NCBI GenBank assembly: GCA_963778115.1
Contig: CAVZSV010000004.1
Coordinates: 608,001 to 672,000 of the forward strand
Length of the DNA stretch: 64,000 nt
From: an uncultured delta proteobacterium
GTDB taxonomy: Bacteria > Bdellovibrionota > FAC87 > UBA2466
Direction: 5' to 3'
The first letter of the stretch is position 1. The number at the start of each line of letters is the position of its first letter. Shown here in pieces: positions 57,872-64,000 of the stretch. The notes under the pieces are model-generated. The model did not search any database and was not told where the DNA came from. It worked only from the letters and a program-made list of their open reading frames with translations. The translations under genes and the position numbers were made by a program.

Positions 57872-58651
57872 TCAGTTTTGATCCGCCCGATAGAATCGTT
57901 CTTCCGGCGGGGCGTACCACTCAGCTAAACTTGCGGGCACTCTGGAATAGTAGCCCAAGATCTGTTTGAGAGTCTCCGAAAAGGTCGCCACTTTCGCCTC
58001 TCCGAAGGCCCTAAGATAATCGAACTGAGGCTTGATGAAAGGTCTCGTGAAGGTCAATGTTAGCGCTCGCCTGGGAAAATCGGTTTCATTTCGTCCCGCC
58101 GAATGCCAAAGATTAGAATCGAATAAAACGACACTTCCCTTCCTGCCGCAGGCTCTCTCGGCGTTAGCAAAAAAGAAAGCGTCATCGGGTTTTTCCGGTT
58201 GAAGATGGGAGCCACTAAGCAGATAGGTTGCCCCATTGGCTTCGGTAAAATCATCTAATAGGATCATCATATTGATCATCAACTTATAATCGCCGGTAAA
58301 ATTTTTCACGTCTCGATGGACATTCAGCAGATAGGATTTCGCGTTGCGTTCATTCCAAACGCCACCAAAAGAATTCAAGATGAAATTGCCTTGCAGGAAA
58401 TCTCGCATCACTTCAAAGAGCGGACCTGTTTGCAGAAACTCCATAAAAACCGGGTCGGATCCCAGTAGGTGGTGAGCCGCCCCGTCCGCATTTTTTAACC
58501 CTTTTTGCGTGATGACTTTTCGGCTTTCTCGCAGGCCTACCTCTAACCCCGCGGTGAGAGAAGCCACAAGAGGCGCGGCAATCACCTGGTCGAAAAGATA
58601 CCAACCTCGCTTACCTATCTGCGCCTGAAAAGTGTCGAATATTGAGGGCAT
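57872..58651 (-). CDS. PhyH-family Fe(II)/2-oxoglutarate dioxygenase
   Basis: HRD, LDDFTEANGAT..GSH, WHSAGRN, RRAL. Confidence 0.9.
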   Translation of the reverse strand: MPSIFDTFQAQIGKRGWYLFDQVIAAPLVASLTAGLEVGLRESRKVITQKGLKNADGAAHHLLGSDPVFMEFLQTGPLFEVMRDFLQGNFILNSFGGVWNERNAKSYLLNVHRDVKNFTGDYKLMINMMILLDDFTEANGATYLLSGSHLQPEKPDDAFFFANAERACGRKGSVVLFDSNLWHSAGRNETDFPRRALTLTFTRPFIKPQFDYLRAFGEAKVATFSETLKQILGYYSRVPASLAEWYAPPEERFYRADQN

Positions 58652-58768
58652 AAGTGAGTTCTGCTTGACTCCTGGATAGGGAACCTATACATCAGCCACT
58701 GGTGAATGGCAAAAAAAACGTGCCTGTGTTCGTGGCCGTACTACTTGTACTACTGATGGCCTCTCCCC

Positions 58769-58796
58769 TGTTTTCGCATCCTTGTTTTCGCATCCT
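58769..58796 (+). repeat. 14-bp tandem duplication TGTTTTCGCATCCT x2 in a divergent promoter region
   Basis: Read directly. Confidence 0.8.
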
Positions 58797-58838
58797 TATG
58801 CTTAGGCACCCCTACTTAAACAAATTTTTCCTCTCTTA

Positions 58839-60017
58839 GTGGGTATGGAAACTAACGAAACCAATTCTGACGTTTTAGGCCCCCAAAAAAACTTTCCTGC
58901 GTTCTCGGATGAAACTGAAACCCATGCTCCTCTCAACGTGACCAAGACCTATTTTCCGCCGCTCGACGAATATACGGCGTTCTTAAACCAGATCTGGGAA
59001 AGCGGTTGGGCTACGAATCACGGTAAATTAGCACTTCGGTTGGAGGACTCTTTAAAAAGATACCTTCAAGTGCCGCACTTGCGATTCTTGGCTAACGGAA
59101 CGATTGCGCTTCAAATAGCGATCAAGGCTCTCGAACTCGACGCCGAAGTGATCACTACCCCGTTTTCCTATGTGGCAACCACTTCAAGTCTGGTATGGGA
59201 GGGATGTCAGCCCGTTTTCGTCGATATCGAGCCCGACACGCTCACGATCGATCCTAATAGAGTAGAATCCGCCATCACTTCAAAGACTAAGGCTATTGTT
59301 GCCACCCATGTTTACGGCAACCCGTGCGACGTGGAAGCCCTTCATTACTTGGCAAAAAAACATGGGTTAAAAATCATTTACGATGCGGCCCACGCTTTTG
59401 GAGTCCGCTATCGGGGAACTTCGCTTTTAAATTTTGGGGATATCTCGACGATTAGCTTCCATGCGACAAAGTTGTTTCATACCGTGGAAGGAGGAGCTGT
59501 CGTTACGCAAGAGGCTTCCCTCGATCATAAAATGTGGTACCTCTCAAACTTCGGGCACAACGGTCCGGAAGCCTTTCACGGAGTGGGAATCAACGGGAAA
59601 AATTCAGAGTTTCACGCCGCCATGGGGTTGTGTGTTCTTCCTAGAGTGAATGGTTTCATTGAGCATCGCAAAGAAATCTGTGATCGTTATGACTCTTTCT
59701 TATTGAACGCTGAGGTGGGAATCTCGCGCCCGTTAATCAGAAAAGATACTCAATACAACTTTGCTTACTATCCTATTGTCTGTCCAGCAGACTCGCTGCT
59801 TCGCGTGCAACAGGCCCTTTTGTCCGAAGGAATTCGGGCGCGCCGTTATTTCTATCCGGCCCTCAATCAGCTCAATTACGTAGTTTCGCAACAAACTCCC
59901 GTCGCAACAGATATCTCGGAACGTGTACTGTGCCTTCCTCTGGCCTTCGACACTTCCCATGAGCAGGTATTGAGAGTCTGCGAAGTGATCCTTTCCGTTT
60001 TGAGAAAGAGCTCCTAA
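58839..60017 (+). CDS. DegT/VioA-type NDP-sugar aminotransferase
   Basis: NGTIAL, TTPFSYVAT, THVYGNPCD, YDAAHAFG, SFHATKLFHTVEGG, RRYFYP. Confidence 0.93.
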   Translation: MGMETNETNSDVLGPQKNFPAFSDETETHAPLNVTKTYFPPLDEYTAFLNQIWESGWATNHGKLALRLEDSLKRYLQVPHLRFLANGTIALQIAIKALELDAEVITTPFSYVATTSSLVWEGCQPVFVDIEPDTLTIDPNRVESAITSKTKAIVATHVYGNPCDVEALHYLAKKHGLKIIYDAAHAFGVRYRGTSLLNFGDISTISFHATKLFHTVEGGAVVTQEASLDHKMWYLSNFGHNGPEAFHGVGINGKNSEFHAAMGLCVLPRVNGFIEHRKEICDRYDSFLLNAEVGISRPLIRKDTQYNFAYYPIVCPADSLLRVQQALLSEGIRARRYFYPALNQLNYVVSQQTPVATDISERVLCLPLAFDTSHEQVLRVCEVILSVLRKSS

Positions 60018-60719
60018 ATGCGACTTGCTTTGATGCAACCTTACCTATTCCCCTACATTGGCTATTTCCAATTGATGGCCGCTGTCGACAAGTTCGTCTG
60101 TTATGACGACGTAAATTTCATTAAGCAAGGTTGGATCAACCGCAATCGCCTATTATGTCAGGACAAGGCTCAATTTTTTTCCGTCCCCATACGCGATCGG
60201 AGTTCGTTCCGGCCAATTAATCAAACAGAGATAGCCACTGAACCCGGGGACTGGCCCACGGCGATGGTAAAACGCTTTGAGAGCTGTTATCGCAAAGCTC
60301 CCCATTTCTCGAGCGTCTTTCCCATTCTGGAAGAAGTCTTTACTTCTCCTCCACGGCTTATTTCCGAATTAGCCATTCGAAGTATAAAAGTCGTCCAAAA
60401 GCATTTAGGAATCTCAACTTCCTTCGTAGAGACGTCGGCTGGTTACGAAAATTCGCACTTACGAGGGCAAGAAAGGGTGCTGTCAATTTGTCTCAGAGAA
60501 AAAGCGACGATCTATATCAATCCTCCCGGCGGGAAAGAGCTTTATTCTCCGCAAGCCTTTGCCGAGCATGATATTGCGTTTAAACTCATTCAAACCCGGC
60601 CCATCGGTTATCCTCAGTTTACCGATGGTTTCCAAAGCAATCTTTCTATCGTGGATGTAATGATGTTTAACTCTGTGGATAGGGTCCGGGAGTATCTCAA
60701 AGAGTACGATCTGATATGA
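60018..60719 (+). CDS. WbqC family protein
   Basis: MQPYLFPYIGYFQL, YDDVNFIKQGWINRN, YINPPGG, LSIVDVMM. Confidence 0.92.
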   Translation: MRLALMQPYLFPYIGYFQLMAAVDKFVCYDDVNFIKQGWINRNRLLCQDKAQFFSVPIRDRSSFRPINQTEIATEPGDWPTAMVKRFESCYRKAPHFSSVFPILEEVFTSPPRLISELAIRSIKVVQKHLGISTSFVETSAGYENSHLRGQERVLSICLREKATIYINPPGGKELYSPQAFAEHDIAFKLIQTRPIGYPQFTDGFQSNLSIVDVMMFNSVDRVREYLKEYDLI

Positions 60720-61678
60720 AAACGGGAATCGGAGGATATTTCGAATTAGAAAGCCATCTGCTCGAAGCGGGCAAGCCGATGCATTCTCAGGCTTTGGCAC
60801 TCACCAGCGGGAGAGCTTGCCTCGCTCGTTATTTGGCGCACACTCGGCCCTCGAAATTATGGATTCCTTACTATTGCTGTGATGCTATTTTGCAGCCCCT
60901 CATCGAGACAAAAACTCCTTTTTCGTTTTACGAAATAGATCGTAATCTAGAACCGATTACGCTCCCCTTGCTCGGTCAAGAAGAGGCTATTCTTTACATT
61001 AATTATTTTGGGATAAAAGAGGAATATTCCCTCTCTTTACTGGAACAATTTCGCGAGAGGCTTATTATCGATAATACACAGGCTTTTTTTGTTGAGATGC
61101 GCCAAAAAGGCTGGGCGTTCAACTCCGCACGAAAATTCTTTGGTGTCCCCGATGGCGCTTACCTCTATTCTCCGGAGCCGTTGAAGCCGCCATCCGTCGT
61201 TAATCATTTGGTTCACATGGAGCATCTACTCAGCCGATTACAAGGCGATCGGCAAAAGGGTTACGAACAGTTCCTCAAAGCTGAAAACGAAGTTTCTTCG
61301 GAAAATAGGGGCATGTCACTCCAAAGTAGTCGATTGCTTAGCGGCGTGGATTACCCAAGGGTCGCCCAGAGCCGACTAAGAAATTATGCGCATTATCAAC
61401 AAGCTTTGGACTCCGTAAATCAGCTTCGCTTTCCTCCTCTGCGTGCTGGCTCGATTCCCTTCTGCTATCCCCTGCTCCTAGATCATCAGATCAACCGGGA
61501 ACCGCTTTATCAGCAAGAGATCTTCATCCCTACTTTGTGGAAAGAGTGTTTGGATCGAGACGTTTCTGGTTTTTCCTGGGAGAAAGAGTTAACTAGACGG
61601 TTGTTGCCCCTTCCTTTAGATCACCGTTATAGCGAGAACGATTGCGATAGAGTGGTAGAAGCAGTGACGGCTTTATGA
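60716..61678 (+). CDS. DegT-like PLP-fold protein
   Basis: IGGYFELE, SGRA, YINYFG, IIDNTQAF, SARKFFGVPDG, LPLDHRY. Confidence 0.8.
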   Translation: MKTGIGGYFELESHLLEAGKPMHSQALALTSGRACLARYLAHTRPSKLWIPYYCCDAILQPLIETKTPFSFYEIDRNLEPITLPLLGQEEAILYINYFGIKEEYSLSLLEQFRERLIIDNTQAFFVEMRQKGWAFNSARKFFGVPDGAYLYSPEPLKPPSVVNHLVHMEHLLSRLQGDRQKGYEQFLKAENEVSSENRGMSLQSSRLLSGVDYPRVAQSRLRNYAHYQQALDSVNQLRFPPLRAGSIPFCYPLLLDHQINREPLYQQEIFIPTLWKECLDRDVSGFSWEKELTRRLLPLPLDHRYSENDCDRVVEAVTAL

Positions 61679-62118
61679 ACACAAAATCCCTTCATTTACG
61701 ATCGGTGGAAGAGAAACACTTCGCGCAAGCAGGCCTTCGGCCTGAAGCTTTAGCCTCTAACCTTAACGGCCAGCTATTTGCTATCGTTTCCGAAGGGGAT
61801 GTCGCTTTAGGTTTCTGCGCTTTGAACGACCTAAACTGGAAGGATAGAAACGCTCGAGTCGCCCTTGTGTTCTCGACTTCCCACGCCAATAAGTTTTCTA
61901 AAGAGGCGCTAACGATCCTAAGCCGGTACGCTTTCGAGGAACTCAACTTACATAGCCTCTATGCAATGATCGACGAAAGAGAGCTCGCCACAGTGTCTGC
62001 TTTGAAAGCCTGCCACTACCGAGAGGTGGGGCGACTGGTTAAATCACTTTGCCATGCAGAAGACTATTTCGACAAAGTGGTCTTTAACCTATTGAAGGAG
62101 GAAGCTTCGTGGTCATAA
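61675..62118 (+). CDS. RimJ/RimL-type GNAT acetyltransferase (divergent)
   Basis: LNWKDRNA, YAFEELNLHSL. Confidence 0.7.
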   Translation: MNTKSLHLRSVEEKHFAQAGLRPEALASNLNGQLFAIVSEGDVALGFCALNDLNWKDRNARVALVFSTSHANKFSKEALTILSRYAFEELNLHSLYAMIDERELATVSALKACHYREVGRLVKSLCHAEDYFDKVVFNLLKEEASWS

Positions 62119-62624
62119 AGGGAGGCCAAATCCTTCTGCGCGAGATCAAAGAATCGGACCTGGAGCTTTTGCATTTGTGGGCAAACGATGAGCAACTCTG
62201 GTCGTTGCTCGACGGATGGCATTTCCCCTATTCCAAGGCCTCCACCCAGCATTGGTTTGAGTCGCTAGATTATGAATCTTCCCATCGAGTATTTGGGATC
62301 GAAGTGCCCAAGATTGGTCTTATCGGAACCGCTAACCTCGTTCAAATAGACCCCGTTAATAAAAGTGCTTTCCATGGAATGATGATTGGCTCTTCGGAGC
62401 AAAGAGGAAAGGGTTTCGGACAAGACACCATTCGTACCGTCGTTCGGTATGCTTTTGAATCGCTAAGGCTTAAACGCCTAGAGACCTCTATCATCGAATA
62501 TAACGAGGCTAGCCTTCGCACTTATCTCACTAAGTGCGGATGGAAAGAAGAAGCTAGACTTCGGCAGTTTTATTTTAGGAAGAACCGCTATTGGGATAAA
62601 ATCCTGATTGCCACTAGCGGTTAG
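62109..62624 (+). CDS. RimJ/RimL-type GNAT acetyltransferase
   Basis: RGKGFG, YAFESLRLKRL, YNEAS. Confidence 0.88.
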   Translation: MVIKGGQILLREIKESDLELLHLWANDEQLWSLLDGWHFPYSKASTQHWFESLDYESSHRVFGIEVPKIGLIGTANLVQIDPVNKSAFHGMMIGSSEQRGKGFGQDTIRTVVRYAFESLRLKRLETSIIEYNEASLRTYLTKCGWKEEARLRQFYFRKNRYWDKILIATSG

Positions 62625-64000
62625 ATATCTTTGACCACTTCATAGAGCGTACTGGTGGGAGTTAAACCACAGGCTTCAAAGTTATCCTTTGGGAACGATT
62701 GCCTATCATGGACACGGACGGAAAATCCGGCTCCTGAAAGCCTGTCGACGAATCCTTGGCGATTATACAATCGAATGTGATCGTTTTGGCCGTACCAACG
62801 CCATCTCTGTTCGTCAGTTTCAGCTTTCAGTCCCTCTCGGATCTCTGTTAACCTAGTAGAGATGGGGACCAGCACAATCCCCCATCCCCCGGGTTTTAGA
62901 ATGCGGTGAAGTTCCTGCATCGCAAGTCGGTCGTCTTGCACATGCTCCAAGACATGAGAACAGATGAAGCTATCAAATGTCGAATCGGGCAAAGGCATTT
63001 TGGTAATATCAAGACGGTAGTCGACATTGGGCATGAACAGATCAGCGGTCTGATACTTAAGAGCCGGATAGGGTTTAAACATTGCCGAAAGAGACGCCGA
63101 AGGCGCAAAATCGATCAAAGAAAAGTTGTTTTTTATTCCTTCTAATTTTTGTCTCAGAAGGAGCGCAATCAATCTATCACGGTCCGAAGCCCCGCACAGC
63201 GGACAATGGTAGGCCTTAGCATTGAGCGTTTCCCATTCGCTAGTCATGTGATCAAATCCAAACTTTCGCGCCGTTTCTTCGTAGAAAGCAGGAAGTGGAT
63301 CATATTTAGGCACCACTCGATTGCAAACCGAACACAGCCCCGGCTTTCCTAGGAGAGAGGTCTTTACTAGCCGGGCGCTCTTTACCGAAATCTTGCCCAT
63401 CGCCATTAGTGGTGTTTTGACTCGAAAACGACTCGCCAGCTCGTCTACTTTCGTCGAAACGCGCCATTTCTTACTTCGATACACCCTCTCCAATTCCGCT
63501 TGGGTCTGCAGCAATTCATGGCGCAGGGATTGAACGACATCTATCGCTATTTGGGGGACATCAACACTGGAATTATTAAAAATTTTCTTTTCCGCTTCCG
63601 ATTTAGCATCCATGTCCACGAGGCGATTGATGAGACCATACGCATGGCCCATGATTATCTTGCGATGAGCTGGATCATCGCCAAAAAGAGAAATGAGTTC
63701 GGTAAGCATTCTAAGCATGCCTATGCCGTGTTTCTGGAATAGAATTTCCTCACTGTGGATGGCACTCCACCACACGCTCAAGGCATGACGTCGATAGGCC
63801 GACAGCACTTGATTGATAAAACCAATTTCGCCCGCTTTCGCGTGAAATAAATGAAGATACCAATCTCCGGGAATCATCGCGGAGGTGGGAAATTTTTCGT
63901 AGTCCTGTCTTCGGTACATGACCGAACTCGTTTGCATAAAATTCCACTTCAAAAGTTCCTCGGTATTGAAAGTGGGATTGGACTTCAAATCAGGATAGAT
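62621..64000 (-). CDS. Glycosyltransferase (GT2 C-terminal part) fused to a methyltransferase-like domain; 5' end beyond the window
   Basis: TSSVMYRR, GDW, SAYRRH (GT2); CSVC/CPLC, FAP, SHVLEHV.DD..AMQEL.RILKPGG, GQNDHIRLY. Confidence 0.8.
   Translation of the reverse strand: MYPDLKSNPTFNTEELLKWNFMQTSSVMYRRQDYEKFPTSAMIPGDWYLHLFHAKAGEIGFINQVLSAYRRHALSVWWSAIHSEEILFQKHGIGMLRMLTELISLFGDDPAHRKIIMGHAYGLINRLVDMDAKSEAEKKIFNNSSVDVPQIAIDVVQSLRHELLQTQAELERVYRSKKWRVSTKVDELASRFRVKTPLMAMGKISVKSARLVKTSLLGKPGLCSVCNRVVPKYDPLPAFYEETARKFGFDHMTSEWETLNAKAYHCPLCGASDRDRLIALLLRQKLEGIKNNFSLIDFAPSASLSAMFKPYPALKYQTADLFMPNVDYRLDITKMPLPDSTFDSFICSHVLEHVQDDRLAMQELHRILKPGGWGIVLVPISTRLTEIREGLKAETDEQRWRWYGQNDHIRLYNRQGFVDRLSGAGFSVRVHDRQSFPKDNFEACGLTPTSTLYEVVKDI

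Overview
Bacterial chromosomal window; the gene content (Tad, Tol-Pal, many secreted Cys/Thr-rich proteins, sigma54/sigma28-like promoters) suggests a Bdellovibrionota/deltaproteobacterial-type diderm, but this is inference. Bases 1-38.6 kb are mostly core genes (rnr, frameshifted ubiB-like kinase, pal/cpoB, an Omp85-peptidase fusion, ctpA, tadG-like, tsaD, rsmA, panBC, smpB, carbonic anhydrase, bestrophin), plus a RAYT-type HUH transposase and a 1,270-aa repeat surface protein. The main feature is a tmRNA gene (38704-39060) followed by four more copies of its 3' ~20 bp. These copies delimit four small (2.46-3.86 kb) tandem islets with no integrase. Each islet keeps precisely spaced att-like end architecture (11-bp-period arm repeats, a palindrome exactly 64 bp and a TGATTT box exactly 36 bp before the core) and carries toxin-antitoxin, PIN or ATPase-TIR cargo, resembling a tmRNA-anchored cassette array. 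Downstream lie a MerR remnant, an IS4/IS50-like element broken by an 11-bp duplication and sitting inside a palindrome, and an amino-sugar/surface-glycan modification cluster. All assignments come from motif recognition by eye; no database searches were run.
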